From assembly GCA_963816355.1 (NCBI GenBank), contig CAWFKH010000006.1, forward strand, positions 160,001 to 224,000: 64,000 nt of DNA. Reading direction: 5' to 3'. The stretch is from an uncultured Gemmatimonadales bacterium. GTDB taxonomy: Bacteria > Gemmatimonadota > Gemmatimonadetes > Longimicrobiales > RSA9. A program made the translations under genes and the position numbers. Below the pieces are notes generated by a model. That model saw only the letters and a program-made list of their open reading frames with translations, did not search any database and had not been told where the DNA came from. This document shows positions 1-10,402 of the stretch, piece by piece; position 1 is the first letter of the stretch; each line of letters opens with the position of its first letter.

Positions 1-2190
1 TCGATCACCTTCTGGCTCGGCTATCTCCTGGTGGCGGGGTTCGCGCTGGTGCTGCATCCGCCCGGAGTGCCGCTGCTGCACACGCGGTTCCTCCCGACCC
101 GGCTGATCGGCGCGATCTTCCTTCTGCTGGTGGCGCTGTACGTCGCGTGGAGCGTCTTCGGCCGGCGAGCGGTGGGTCGCGGGGAGTGGACGTTCGATCC
201 GCCGCGACCCGGCCTCGCAGCGGCGCAGCTCGGCTTCGCCGCGGTCGACTGGGTGGTGGCGGCGGGGGTGCTGTTCGTGCTGCTGCCGGGCGGCGTCTCC
301 TTCCCCATCTTCCTCTCCGTCTTCCTCGCCGCCCAGCTCGCGGGCGTGGTGAGCCACGTGCCGGGTGGGCTGGGCGTCTTCGAGGCGGTCGTGCTGCTGC
401 TACTGCCGGGCCAGGCGACGAATCCGGGGGCCGTGGGCGCGCTGCTCGCCTACCGCGCCATCTACTACCTGCTGCCGCTGGCGGGCGCGATCGTGGCGCT
501 CGGCGTCTCCGAGCTGCGGCGCCGGCGCGAGGGCGTCAAGCGCGTCGTGGGCGTGCTGCGCGGGGGGTGGGACGCGATCGCGCCCGTGCTCCTCGCGGGC
601 GCGGTCTTCCTCGGCGGCGCGATCCTGCTCTTCTCCGGGGCGACGCCACCGATCGTCGAGCGCTTCCGCGAGCTGTCGCACATCGTGCCGCTGCCGCTGA
701 TCGAGCTGTCGCATTTCCTGGGCAGCGTCGTGGGCGCGGCCCTCCTCGTGCTGGCCTGGGGGCTGCAGCGCCGCCTGGACGCCGCCTACCAGCTCACCGT
801 GCTCCTTCTCGCGATCGGCGTGGTCGCATCGCTCGCCAAGGGGCTGGACTACGAGGAGGCGACGGCGCTCACGATCATGCTCGGCGTGCTCGTCGCCTCT
901 CGCCGTTCCTTCTACCGGCCGACGTCGCTCACCGCGGAGACGTTCGACACCGAATGGATCGTCGCCGTCTGCGTCGTCGTGGGCGGCTCGATCTGGCTCG
1001 GCTTCTTCGCCTACAAGCACGTCGCCTACTCGTCGGAGCTGTGGTGGCGCTTCGCCCTGCACGCGGATGCGCCTCGCTTCCTGCGCGCCACGGTCGGCGC
1101 GGTCGGCGCCCTGCTGATCTTCGCCGCGATGCGGCTGATGCGGCCGGCACGGCCGGAGCCGGCGGCACCCACGCCCGCGGCGCTCGACCGTGCCGAGGCG
1201 GCGATCGAGCGCCAGCCGTACACGCACGCCTTCCTCGCGTTGCTGGGCGACAAGCGGCTGCTCTTCGGCGATCGCGACGCCTTCCTCATGTACGCCGTCT
1301 CCGGCCGCAGCTGGGTGGCGATGGGGGACCCGGTCGGCGACGACGAGCTGCGCGCCGATCTCGCCTGGCGCTTCCGCGGCCTCGCCCACGAGCACGGCGG
1401 CTGGCCGGTGTTCTACCAGGTGCAGGCCCAGAACCTCCCGCTCTACATCGACCTCGGCCTCACCCTCTCCAAGCTCGGCGAGGAGGCCCGCGTGCGGCTC
1501 CCGGACTTCACCCTCGAAGGGGGCGCCAGGAAGGGGCTGCGCTACACGCTGCGCAAGCTCGAGAAAGAGGGGTGCACGATCGACGTGCTACGCCGCGGCT
1601 GGAGCGACGACCTGCTCCCCGAGCTGCGCCGCGTCTCCGACGACTGGATCCGCCACAAGCACGCCCGCGAGAAGGCCTTCTCCCTCGGCGCCTTCCGCGA
1701 CAGCTACGTCCGCCGGCTGCCGGTCGCCGTCGTGCGCCAGGGCCCGACGATCGTCGCCTTCGCAACACTCTGGCTCTCCGGCACCCGCTACGAGGCCTCC
1801 GTCGACCTCATGCGTTACTCCGCCGACGCGCCGCCCGGCGTCATGGACTTCCTCTTCCTGCACCTGATGCAGTGGAGCCGCGAGGAAGGCTTCGACTGGT
1901 TCAACCTCGGCATGGCGCCGCTCGCCGGTCTCGAGAGCCGGCCCCTCGCTCCGTTCTGGAACCGCGTCGGCTCGCTCGTCTTTCGCTATGGCGAGAACTT
2001 CTACGGCTTCCAGGGCCTGCGGCAGTACAAGGCAAAGTTCGGCCCCGTCTGGGAGCCGAAATACCTCGCCTCGCCGGGCGGCCTCGCGCTGCCGGCGATC
2101 CTCGCCAATGTCGCCACCCTCATTTCCGGCGGCGCCGACGGCCTCCACCCGGGTGGCGGCGAGAAGCCCCCGCGGACCTCGGCGGGCTGA
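1..2190 (+). CDS. mprF: Bifunctional lysylphosphatidylglycerol flippase/synthetase MprF (5' partial)
   Basis: Frame is open from base 1. Many TM helices with the SHVPGGLGVFE and YRAIYY motifs, followed by the C-terminal aminoacyltransferase domain (GDPVG, KLGEEA, DLMRY, FNLGMAPL, YGFQGLRQYKAKF). Confidence 0.95.
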   Translation, partial: SITFWLGYLLVAGFALVLHPPGVPLLHTRFLPTRLIGAIFLLLVALYVAWSVFGRRAVGRGEWTFDPPRPGLAAAQLGFAAVDWVVAAGVLFVLLPGGVSFPIFLSVFLAAQLAGVVSHVPGGLGVFEAVVLLLLPGQATNPGAVGALLAYRAIYYLLPLAGAIVALGVSELRRRREGVKRVVGVLRGGWDAIAPVLLAGAVFLGGAILLFSGATPPIVERFRELSHIVPLPLIELSHFLGSVVGAALLVLAWGLQRRLDAAYQLTVLLLAIGVVASLAKGLDYEEATALTIMLGVLVASRRSFYRPTSLTAETFDTEWIVAVCVVVGGSIWLGFFAYKHVAYSSELWWRFALHADAPRFLRATVGAVGALLIFAAMRLMRPARPEPAAPTPAALDRAEAAIERQPYTHAFLALLGDKRLLFGDRDAFLMYAVSGRSWVAMGDPVGDDELRADLAWRFRGLAHEHGGWPVFYQVQAQNLPLYIDLGLTLSKLGEEARVRLPDFTLEGGARKGLRYTLRKLEKEGCTIDVLRRGWSDDLLPELRRVSDDWIRHKHAREKAFSLGAFRDSYVRRLPVAVVRQGPTIVAFATLWLSGTRYEASVDLMRYSADAPPGVMDFLFLHLMQWSREEGFDWFNLGMAPLAGLESRPLAPFWNRVGSLVFRYGENFYGFQGLRQYKAKFGPVWEPKYLASPGGLALPAILANVATLISGGADGLHPGGGEKPPRTSAG

Positions 2191-2216
2191 TCCGGCGCAG
2201 CCGCGGCCGGCGCGCG

Positions 2217-2432
2217 TCAAGGGTGGCCGGGACGCGCGTCGACGGCCGCGGATCGGCGGCAACCCGGACACACCACCAGGACACGCGTGCGTACGTAGGC
2301 GACGCCGGGCGGCGCGGGCACCTCGCGCACCGCCACCACGCGGCCGCACGCGGGGCAAGGCGGCGCGCCCTCCGCGGCCGCGATCGCAGCCGCGATCCGG
2401 TTGCGCTCCTCGCGCGTGTAGGCCTGCCTCAT
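2217..2432 (-). CDS. 71-aa putative zinc-ribbon microprotein (CPAC...CPGC)
   Basis: ATG at 2432 lies 6 nt after a TATCTT -10-like hexamer (leaderless geometry). The protein has two CxxC pairs and fills the gap between mprF and the next gene. Confidence 0.65.
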   Translation of the reverse strand: MRQAYTREERNRIAAAIAAAEGAPPCPACGRVVAVREVPAPPGVAYVRTRVLVVCPGCRRSAAVDARPGHP

Positions 2433-2574
2433 TCGCCGAAGATAGGAGGGCGCCGTCGGCCGCGCGACGCGGCGGCGGAGCCCGGCGGGGTGCCTCCGGA
2501 CGCGCCGCAGGCCGGAACAATCGGCCTCCGCATCGGTACGGCAGCGGGCCGTTCGACCCCCTGCGACCGAGGCG

Positions 2575-4943
2575 ATGTCCGGATCCATACTGCTGCTCCT
2601 CAGCGCGATCACGCTCGCGTCCCGCTCCGACGTCGCCGGCTCCCCCGACTCCTTGACCGTATATCCCGGGGCGGCAGGCCGTCTGCAGGTCGCGCTTCCG
2701 CGCATCGAGGACGCGAACGTCGACATCGACGCGGTGCTCGACGAACCGGCGTGGGGTCGCGCGGCCACCCTCACCCGCTTCACCCAGTACGAGCCGCTCG
2801 AAGGCGTCTCCGCGAGCCAGCCGACGCGCGTTCTGCTCTTCCGCGACGACGACGCCATCTACATGGCCGCCCGCGCCCGTGACGACGACCCCGGCGGAAT
2901 CCGGGCGACGCTCGCGCAGCGCGACCACATCGCGCGCAGCGACGACTGGATCCGGCTCACGCTCGACACCTACGACGACGCGCAGCGCGCGTACGTCTTC
3001 TACGTCAATCCGCGCGGCGTGCAGCAAATGGGCTGTGGATCGAAGGCCGCGGCGGACGCGGCCCGCCGATCGACTACAGCCCCGACTTCGTCTGGGAATC
3101 CGCGGGCCGGCGCACCGCCGACGGCTACGTGGTCGAGCTTCGCATCCCCCTCAAGAGCCTGCGTTTCCCGAACGAGGACGCGCAGACGTGGGGGATCAAC
3201 GTGGCGCGTCACGTGGAGCGCTCCGGCTACGAGTCGAGCTGGGCGCCCATCAGCCAGGATCGCTCGAACCGCCTCGCGCAGGCGGGTCGCCTCGTCGGGC
3301 TCGAGGGCCTCGACCGCGGGCTGTTCCTGGAGGTGAACCCGGTCGTCACGGGGCGACTCGTGGGCCAGTACGACGAGGACCGCGCCGCGTTCGTCCGCGG
3401 CCACGCTCGCCCCGATTTCGGCCTCAACGCGACGTACGGCGTCACCTCGAACCTGACGCTCGACGCGACCTACAATCCGGACTTCTCCCAGGTGGAGGCG
3501 GACGCCGGCCAGGTCGCCGTGAACGAACGCTTCGCCCTCTTCTTCCCCGAGAAGCGGCCGTTCTTCCTCGAAGGCACCGAAATCTTCGACATGCCGACGC
3601 GCCTCGTCTACACGCGCCGCATCGGCAACCCGATCGGCGGCGCGAAGCTCACCGGCAAGGTGGGCGCGACGAGCCTCGGCTATCTCGGCGCCGTCGACGA
3701 TCCGGCCGACGGACCGAACGCCGTCTTCGACGTCGTACGCCTGCGCCGCGACGTCGGCGACGGCTACGCCGGACTCCTCTACACGGACCGCACCGAGTCC
3801 GCCGGCGTCTACAACCGCGTCGCGGCGGCCGACGCCAGGCTCCTCTTCGGCGGGCGCTATACGCTGCAGCTCGTCGCCGCCGGCTCGCTCGACCGCGACA
3901 GCCTCGAAGCGCGCCCGCTCGGCGGCTCTCTCCTCCTCGCGCGGCTCTCGCGCAGTGGCCGAGCCTTCTCCTTCGACGCGCGCGTCACGGATGTCGCCCC
4001 GAACTTCGCGACCGCGAGTGGCTTCATCCGTCGAACGGACAACGCCCAGGCGCGCGGCAGCGTGCGCTTGCGCCGCTACGGCGGACAGGGCGACCTCGTC
4101 GAGGACTGGGGACCTTCACTTCAGGTCCAGCGCAACTGGAGCCACGCCGGCTTCTGGCGCGGCGGCGGCGCGACCGAGGGCGAGATCGGCCTCGACGTGA
4201 GCGCCGGCCTGCGCGGCAACGTGTTCGTCTCCGCGGGCGTGCAGCGGCGCTTCTACGACTACGACCCCGCCGACTACGCAGGCCTCTACGTCGGCGACGG
4301 CGCCGGTGCGCTGCGCGCCTACATTCCGGCCACCACCCGCTACGGTGGCCTCTGGGGCGCCTCCTTCGACGTGTCCGCCAGCTCGCTGGGCTGGCTGCGC
4401 TCGGACCTGCACGTCGACTGGGGCCGCCAGCCGATCTTCGCCCCCGGCGGCGCCGCGCCTGCGCGGCCCGCGGTCGCCCTCGCCCGCTCGCTGTCGGTGC
4501 GCGGCGGCCTCACGCTCCAGCCGACGCCCGCCGCGGCTTTCGAGCTCGATGTGCAGCACGCGGAGCTCTTCCGCGTCCGCGGCGGCGGCCGCTACTCCAG
4601 CGCGACGATCCCGCGCCTGCGCGTCCAGTACCAGTTCACGCGCGCCCTTCACGTCCGTCTGCTGGGCGAATACTCGGCGCAGGAGACGAACGGCCTGCGC
4701 GATCCGGGTACCGGCATGCCGCTGATCGCGTGCGACGACGACGGCGCGTGCGAACCGATCGCCTCCGACCCTTCCAACCGCTTCCACATCGAGGCGCTGT
4801 TCGCGTACGAGCCGTCGCCCGGCAGCGTCTTCTACGCCGGATACTCGCGCGACATGACGGAGCCGAGCGCGTTCGGCTTCGGACCGCTCGCCACCCAGCT
4901 TGACGGCCTCTTCGTGAAGCTGAGCTACCGCTACAGGCTGTAG
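2575..4943 (+). CDS. Secreted/outer-membrane CBM9-like + DUF5916 protein, split by a 1-nt deletion near 3027
   Basis: ORF 2575 (signal peptide, IDAVLDEPAW, LDTYDD..AYVFYVNPRGVQ) continues in another frame as DGLWIEG...DFVWESAG...VELRIP. It has NPDFSQVEAD and FFPEKRPFFLEG motifs and ends in a beta-strand-like FVKLSYRY. Confidence 0.85.
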
Positions 4944-5062
4944 CGACGGAGGGCCCGCGACCCCGGTCGACGGTTCAGGGGCCACCCGGCCCGGCCGCCG
5001 CGTCCGCCTCCGCGGTCCGGGGGCTCGTGGACGCTTCGCGGCGAGGCCGGGTCGCCGGTTTG

Positions 5063-5387
5063 TTTCACGCGGAGGGCGCGGGGGGCGCGGAGGGGTTCGC
5101 CGCCGGGAAGGTTCGTGCCGCGAGGCGAACGGCATCGCACTGCAGCCGCCGGTATTATTGGGGTCTCGTCGCGCGACGCCCGTTCGCAGCCGTCGAACCA
5201 CCGAAAAAGCGCGATGCAAGCTGTGCCGCGCACCTCGCGCGACGCCGGTCCCCCCTCCGCGTCCCCCGCGCCCTCCGCGTGAAAACCCTCCGCGCCCTCC
5301 GCGTGAAACGCCGCGCCCTCCGCGAGAAGCGCCGCGCCCTCCGCGAGAAGCGCCGCGCCCTCGCGGAAAAAGGCCGCGCCCTCCGCG
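5063..5387. repeat. REP-like element: 33-bp inverted repeat (5063-5095 / 5252-5284) plus about 5 tandem 21-bp copies of CCGCGCCCTCCGCG(T/A)GAA..
   Basis: The arms match 32/33. The 21-nt period is visible at 5290, 5311, 5332, 5353 and 5374. The element lies between convergent genes. Confidence 0.9.
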
Positions 5388-5410
5388 CGTCGATCGCGGG
5401 CCGGGCGGGC

Positions 5411-6004
5411 TCAGCGCCGGAGCGCGCGCAGGGCGCGCGCCCGGCGCCACCAGCGGCCGGCGCGCGCCGCGTCACCGCGGCCGCTGGCGATCCAGCCGAG
5501 CAGCGCGCTCGCGTTCGCGCCGTCGAGCCGGGAGCGCTTCCGTTTCGCGATCTGCCACGCGCGGGCGGCCAGGACCGTGGCGCCGCGGAACTGTCCGCGG
5601 AGGACGGCCTCCACGCCCGCGTCGCAGAGCGCGTCGCAGAGCGTCGTCGTCGCCGCCGCCGGATCGGTGGCGATCTCGAGCAGGCGGGTGAGCGCCGCGC
5701 GTTCGCGGTCGGCGGACGGAAGCAGGCGCACGTACGCCTCGGCGCTCCGCCGCAGCGGGGCCGTGAGCGGCGCGGCGGCTCCGCCGGTGAAGACGCGGAG
5801 CACGAGGTAGCGGGCGAGGACCCGGGGGGCGTCCCGCGGCTCCACGTCGACGATGTCGCGGAAGGCGTCCTCGACGGCGGAGTGGCGCGCGGCTGCGGTG
5901 GCCGCGCCGGACGGCGGAACGGGCGAGGTGTGGCCGGAAGCCCGCCAGCGGACCGCCGAGGGTCCGGCGCGGAATGGCCATCCCGGATGGTTCGCTCGCT
6001 GCAT
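5411..6004 (-). CDS. Hypothetical helical protein (about 197 aa)
   Basis: ATG at 6004 with GGAG upstream. The C-terminal part reads as an amphipathic, TPR-like helical protein (VLARYLVLR..., LLGWIA...WWRRA). Confidence 0.55.
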   Translation of the reverse strand: MQRANHPGWPFRAGPSAVRWRASGHTSPVPPSGAATAAARHSAVEDAFRDIVDVEPRDAPRVLARYLVLRVFTGGAAAPLTAPLRRSAEAYVRLLPSADRERAALTRLLEIATDPAAATTTLCDALCDAGVEAVLRGQFRGATVLAARAWQIAKRKRSRLDGANASALLGWIASGRGDAARAGRWWRRARALRALRR

Positions 6005-6190
6005 CGTTCGCTCCGTGAGGTCGCGGGCGCGGGCCGTCGCTTCATTGTCGCGGCGAGGGGTGGCGGCGGCCATGGCGGGTTGGGTCACGTGGACGGCCGC
6101 GCTCGATTGCGGCGCCGGTCCGCCGGGTGGTATGCTGCCCTCCGGGTCCGACGGCTGCGCCACGCGGGGAGGGAGAAGGAACACGCTCCA

Positions 6191-7393
6191 TTGAGGAAGT
6201 CGCCGCTCTTCGTGCTGTTCGCCGCGGTGCTGATCGACATGATCGGCTTCGGGATCGTCCTCCCGTTGCTTCCGTTCTACGCGGAATCGATGGGTGCGAC
6301 GCCGCTGGATGTGACGCTCCTCGTCGCCTCGTTCTCGGCGATGCAGCTCGCGGCGGCGCCTCTGTGGGGACGGGTGTCGGACCGTCGTGGGCGGCGGCCT
6401 CTGCTGGTTGCGGGGCTGTTCGCGTCCGCGGTGTCGTATCTGATTTTCGGTCTCGCGAGCTCGCTCTGGATGCTGCTGCTGTCGCGCATGGCGGCAGGTG
6501 CGGCAGGCGGGACGATCTCGGTCGCGCAGGCGTACGTCGCCGACTCGACCAAGGCGGAGAAGCGGGCGGCGGGACTGGGCCATCTCGGCGCGGCGTCGGG
6601 GCTCGGCGTCATGCTCGGTCCCGCGATCGGCGGCTTCTTCAGCCGCTGGGGCCTCGGCGTCCCCGGCTACGTCGCCGCCGCGCTCTGCTTCGCGAACGCG
6701 ATCGCGGCGATCGTGCTGTTGCCGGAGACGGCCCGGAGGCGCGAGGGGAGCGAGGAGGAGGCGGAGCCGATCGGGTTGCGCGAATGGGCGATGTCGTTCC
6801 TGCGCTATCCGCTCTCGCTGCTGCTGTCCGTCTACTTCCTGGCGATCAGCTCCTTCACGGCGATGACGGCGATCCTCGCGCTCTACCTCGAGCGCGCGTT
6901 CGGCATCGAGGCCCAGGGCATGGGCGCGTTGATGACGCTCGCCGGGTTCGTCACCGTCGTCGTCCGGGGCGTGCTGCTGGGACGCGTCGTGGCCGCCTTC
7001 GGCGAGGCGCGAACGGTCGTATTCGGCGCCGGCATGCTGATCCTCTCCATGATCACGTTCCCGCTGATCCCCGGCCCCTGGTGGTCCGCCCTCATCGTGA
7101 GCATGTACGCCTTCGGTGCGGGCACGCTGTTCCCCTCCCTCGCCAGCCTCGTCTCGCGCGCCACCGACTCCGGGTCCCAGGGCTCGATTCTCGGCGGCAG
7201 CCAGGTGGTCGGCGGGCTCGGCCGCGTGCTCGGACCGATATGGGCCGGGTACCTGTTCCAGAAGACCGGCATCACCAGCCCGTTCCACGTCGCCGCCATC
7301 CTCGTCGGACTCGCCGCTCTCCTCGCGATGCGGATCCCCCGCCCCGGCCGCCTGCGCAACACGACGAGCGAGCCGGCGCGGGCGCAGGCGTAG
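6191..7393 (+). CDS. MFS transporter, TetA/DHA1-like
   Basis: TTG start after GGAGAAGGA. Motifs LIDMIGFGIVLPLLP, GRVSDRRGRRP (motif A) and GPAIGG; about 12 TM helices. Confidence 0.9.
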   Translation: MRKSPLFVLFAAVLIDMIGFGIVLPLLPFYAESMGATPLDVTLLVASFSAMQLAAAPLWGRVSDRRGRRPLLVAGLFASAVSYLIFGLASSLWMLLLSRMAAGAAGGTISVAQAYVADSTKAEKRAAGLGHLGAASGLGVMLGPAIGGFFSRWGLGVPGYVAAALCFANAIAAIVLLPETARRREGSEEEAEPIGLREWAMSFLRYPLSLLLSVYFLAISSFTAMTAILALYLERAFGIEAQGMGALMTLAGFVTVVVRGVLLGRVVAAFGEARTVVFGAGMLILSMITFPLIPGPWWSALIVSMYAFGAGTLFPSLASLVSRATDSGSQGSILGGSQVVGGLGRVLGPIWAGYLFQKTGITSPFHVAAILVGLAALLAMRIPRPGRLRNTTSEPARAQA

Positions 7394-7583
7394 CGCGGAC
7401 CCGTACGCCGCAACGGTTCACCAGGACCACCGCCTCCCTGCACAGGAGCTGGCCGCGCAAGCGCTGCGACGCGCGCCGGCCCCGCGCCGGCCTCGGGCGA
7501 CGCCGCGGCGGGCTTGCCTCGCGGACCTCGCCGGCCTATCCTCCCGCGCGCGCAAACCGAAAACCCCTGGAAGGACCCCTTCG

Positions 7584-7853
7584 ATGAGCTACGTGGCCGG
7601 ATTCCTCGTGTGGATCGCCTTCGCGGTCGTGGCCACCATCCTCGTCTGGTCGGCGTACCGCGGGCCGGCGACGACGCGGACGCTGACGTTCATGTTCGCG
7701 TTCTTCGGCACGTTCATCGGCGGCATGCTCGGCACGTCGGCGTACGTCTTCCACGATCCGACGCCGCTGCGCGTCGGCGCCCTGATCGGGGCGGTGATCG
7801 GCGCCTTCCTCTTCCCCTTCGTCTACCACCTCGTGGGGCGCAAGGCACTGTAG
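7584..7853 (+). CDS. Small membrane protein (89 aa), GlsB/YeaQ/YmgE-like
   Basis: ATG at 7584 after AAGGA. Three hydrophobic Gly-rich helices (FGTFIGGMLG, IGAVIGA). Confidence 0.7.
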   Translation: MSYVAGFLVWIAFAVVATILVWSAYRGPATTRTLTFMFAFFGTFIGGMLGTSAYVFHDPTPLRVGALIGAVIGAFLFPFVYHLVGRKAL

Positions 7854-7884
7854 CGGACCGCGCTCCGCCGCCGCCGCCCGACCG

Positions 7885-8871
7885 ATGCGCGCGATCGTCA
7901 TCCGGGCCCCCGGCGGCCCCGAGGTGCTCGAGCTGCGCGACGCGCCCCTCCCCGAGCCGGGGCGCGGCGAGATCCGCGTGCGCGTCCACGCCACCGCCCT
8001 GAACCGCGCCGACCTCCTGCAGCGGCGCGGCCACTATCCGGCGCCGGCCGGCTGGCCGGCGGACGTGCCGGGCCTGGAGTACGCGGGTACGGTCGACGCT
8101 TGCGGGGCGCGCGTCGAGCGCTGGCGCGGCGGCGAGCGCGTGATGGGGCTGGTCGGCGGGGGCGCCTACGCCGAGGCGGTGGTCGTGCACGAACGGGAGG
8201 CGATCGCCGTGCCGGACGGCGTCGCGCTCACGGACGCGGCGGCGATCCCGGAAGCGTTTGTGACCGCGCACGACGCGCTGGTGACGCGACTCGGCGTGCG
8301 CGCGGGCGAGTGGCTGCTGATCCACGCCGTCGGCAGCGGCGTCGGCACCGCTGCGCTGCAGATCGCGCTGGCGTCCGGCGTGCGCGTGGTCGGCACGGCG
8401 CGCTCCGCGTGGAAGCTGGAGCGGGCGGCGGCGTTGGGGCTGCGGGCCGCGGTCGACGTCTCGCGCGAGGCGATCGCGGACGCGGTCGCGGCGTGCACCG
8501 GCGGAGCGGGCGTCGACGCCGTGCTCGACCTCGTCGGCGCGGCGTACCTCGACGCGAACCTGGCGTCGCTCGCCGAGCTGGGTCGCATGGTGTGCGTGGG
8601 CACGGTCTCCGGTGCGAAGGCGGAGATCGACCTCTCGCGGGTGCTGCGCGGGCGGCTGACGATCGTGGGAACGGTGTTGCGCGCGCGGCCGCTCGAGCAG
8701 AAGATCGCGGCGGCGCGCCGTTTCGAGCGCGAGATCGTGCCGCTGCTGGCCGACGGGCGCGTGCGGCCCGTGGTCGACCGCGTGCTGGCGTGCGCCGACG
8801 CGGCGGAGGCGCACCGCGCGATGGAGGCGAACGAGAACTTCGGCAAGATCGTGCTGAGCTGGGAGGCCTGA
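7885..8871 (+). CDS. NAD(P)H-quinone oxidoreductase (MDR superfamily, PIG3-like)
   Basis: GGPEVL, LNRADLLQRRGHYP, PGLEYAG, AVGSGVG and C-terminal NFGKIVL motifs. Confidence 0.92.
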   Translation: MRAIVIRAPGGPEVLELRDAPLPEPGRGEIRVRVHATALNRADLLQRRGHYPAPAGWPADVPGLEYAGTVDACGARVERWRGGERVMGLVGGGAYAEAVVVHEREAIAVPDGVALTDAAAIPEAFVTAHDALVTRLGVRAGEWLLIHAVGSGVGTAALQIALASGVRVVGTARSAWKLERAAALGLRAAVDVSREAIADAVAACTGGAGVDAVLDLVGAAYLDANLASLAELGRMVCVGTVSGAKAEIDLSRVLRGRLTIVGTVLRARPLEQKIAAARRFEREIVPLLADGRVRPVVDRVLACADAAEAHRAMEANENFGKIVLSWEA

Positions 8872-8902
8872 CCCGACCGGCCGCTCGCGCGACCGGCTCC
8901 GT

Positions 8903-10402
8903 TCAGCGCAGCCCCACGGGCCCCACTCCGCGCGCCTCCGCGTACCGGACCAGCTCGCGCAGCCCGCCCTTGAAGGAGTACGCCTCGTAGCCCGCGCGCT
9001 GCATGCGCTCGGCGATGTAAGCGGACTGCACGCCGTGCGCGCAGTAGAGGATGTAGGTGGCGTCGCGGTCGAGGCGGCGGAAGTCGCGCAGCAGCTCCCA
9101 CTCCTCGTGCTGCTCGGCGCCGGGGTAGTGCCAGGCGCGGTACGCGGGGGCGGGGCGGCAGTCGATCACGACGGCGGACTCCGGCACGTCCGTCGAGAAG
9201 AGGTATGGTGCCACGAGGTCGGTGGGCGTGAGCGCGCGCAGGTCGAGGGTGCGCGTGTTGCGCAGCGCCTCCGCCAGCGCGCCCGGATCAATCGCGGCCT
9301 CCTCGCTCGCCACCGCCCCGGGCGAAGCCGACGTGACCGGGTGACCGGGCGCAATCGCGCAATACTCCTTCACCTGCTCGGAGAGCGCCGCCGTGCCGAT
9401 CCGCCTCGCGCGCGCGATGATCTCCTCCTTGTCGAACCCGATCAGCGGTCGGAACACCGGTCGCGAGGCCGCCGGCTCGATCGCGCGCAGGTTTCGCAGC
9501 GTCTGCGACGAGACCTGCCCCAGCGCCTCGCCGGTGACGATGGCGTCCGCGTGCGTGCGTTCGGCGAAGTGCGACGCCGCGCGATACATCAGCCGCTTCA
9601 GCACGACCTGCCAGTAACGCGGCTTCACGCTCGCGCGCAGCGCGTCCACGACGTCGCCGAAGGGGACCACGCGCAGGCGCGGCCTCGAGCCGAAGCTCCA
9701 GTCGTCGGCGAGCACCTTCGCGACCTGCACCACGGCGCGCTCGTAGGCGTCGCCGCCCAGGTTGCAGAAGACGTAATCGAGCTGCACGCCGCGCTTGAGG
9801 ACGAGCCAGGCGGCGACGGCGGAGTCGAAGCCACCGGAGAGGAGGGCGAGGGCGCGGCCCTCGACGCCGAGCGGCAGGCCGCCCGGTCCCGCGCGTCGCT
9901 CCGCGAAGAGGTAGGCGGCTTCGTCGCGCACCTCGACGTAGACGGTCAGGTCCGGATGGTCGAGGTCGACGCGGCCGAACCGGTTGAGCGCCCGCCCGAG
10001 CTCGACCTGCACGTCCTGCGAGCCGAAGGCGTGCCGGCCGGCGCGGCGCGCGCGCACGGCGAAGCTGCCCCCGCCGATGCGGGCGGCGTAGAGATCGACG
10101 CCGGCGCTGCAGATCGCCTCCAGGTCGGCCTGGACGACGGCGTCGACCTGCGAGATGGAGCTGAGGCCGAAGACGCGCGACACGACCTCCTCCGCCTGGG
10201 CGGAGCTGGAGCGCAAGAGGATGCGCGTCCATTCATCCTCGACCGAGAAGGGGGCGTCCGTGGTGGCCAGCGCGTCGCGGAGGTTGCCGGCGAGGCGGCG
10301 CTGGAACGTGCTGCGCGTGCGCCGTGCCTTGATCGCGATCTCGCCGGAGAGCCGCGCGAGGAACAGGCGCTCGTCGGTCGTGCCGGTCCGCGCTTCGTTC
10401 AC
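8903..10402 (-). CDS. thiI: tRNA 4-thiouridine synthase / sulfurtransferase ThiI with C-terminal rhodanese domain
   Basis: THUMP region, GPGGLPLG, PP-loop SGGFDS, TGEALGQVSSQT, RPLIGFDKEEI, EYC, and rhodanese active loop YCAHGVQS. The GTG start overlaps the upstream stop (GTGA). Confidence 0.93.
   Translation of the reverse strand: MNEARTGTTDERLFLARLSGEIAIKARRTRSTFQRRLAGNLRDALATTDAPFSVEDEWTRILLRSSSAQAEEVVSRVFGLSSISQVDAVVQADLEAICSAGVDLYAARIGGGSFAVRARRAGRHAFGSQDVQVELGRALNRFGRVDLDHPDLTVYVEVRDEAAYLFAERRAGPGGLPLGVEGRALALLSGGFDSAVAAWLVLKRGVQLDYVFCNLGGDAYERAVVQVAKVLADDWSFGSRPRLRVVPFGDVVDALRASVKPRYWQVVLKRLMYRAASHFAERTHADAIVTGEALGQVSSQTLRNLRAIEPAASRPVFRPLIGFDKEEIIARARRIGTAALSEQVKEYCAIAPGHPVTSASPGAVASEEAAIDPGALAEALRNTRTLDLRALTPTDLVAPYLFSTDVPESAVVIDCRPAPAYRAWHYPGAEQHEEWELLRDFRRLDRDATYILYCAHGVQSAYIAERMQRAGYEAYSFKGGLRELVRYAEARGVGPVGLR

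Noticed and set aside
5290..5387. Tandem repeats here and at 61090-61270 as CRISPR arrays
   Set aside because: There are no unique spacers, the repeats are contiguous or degenerate, and there are no cas genes.
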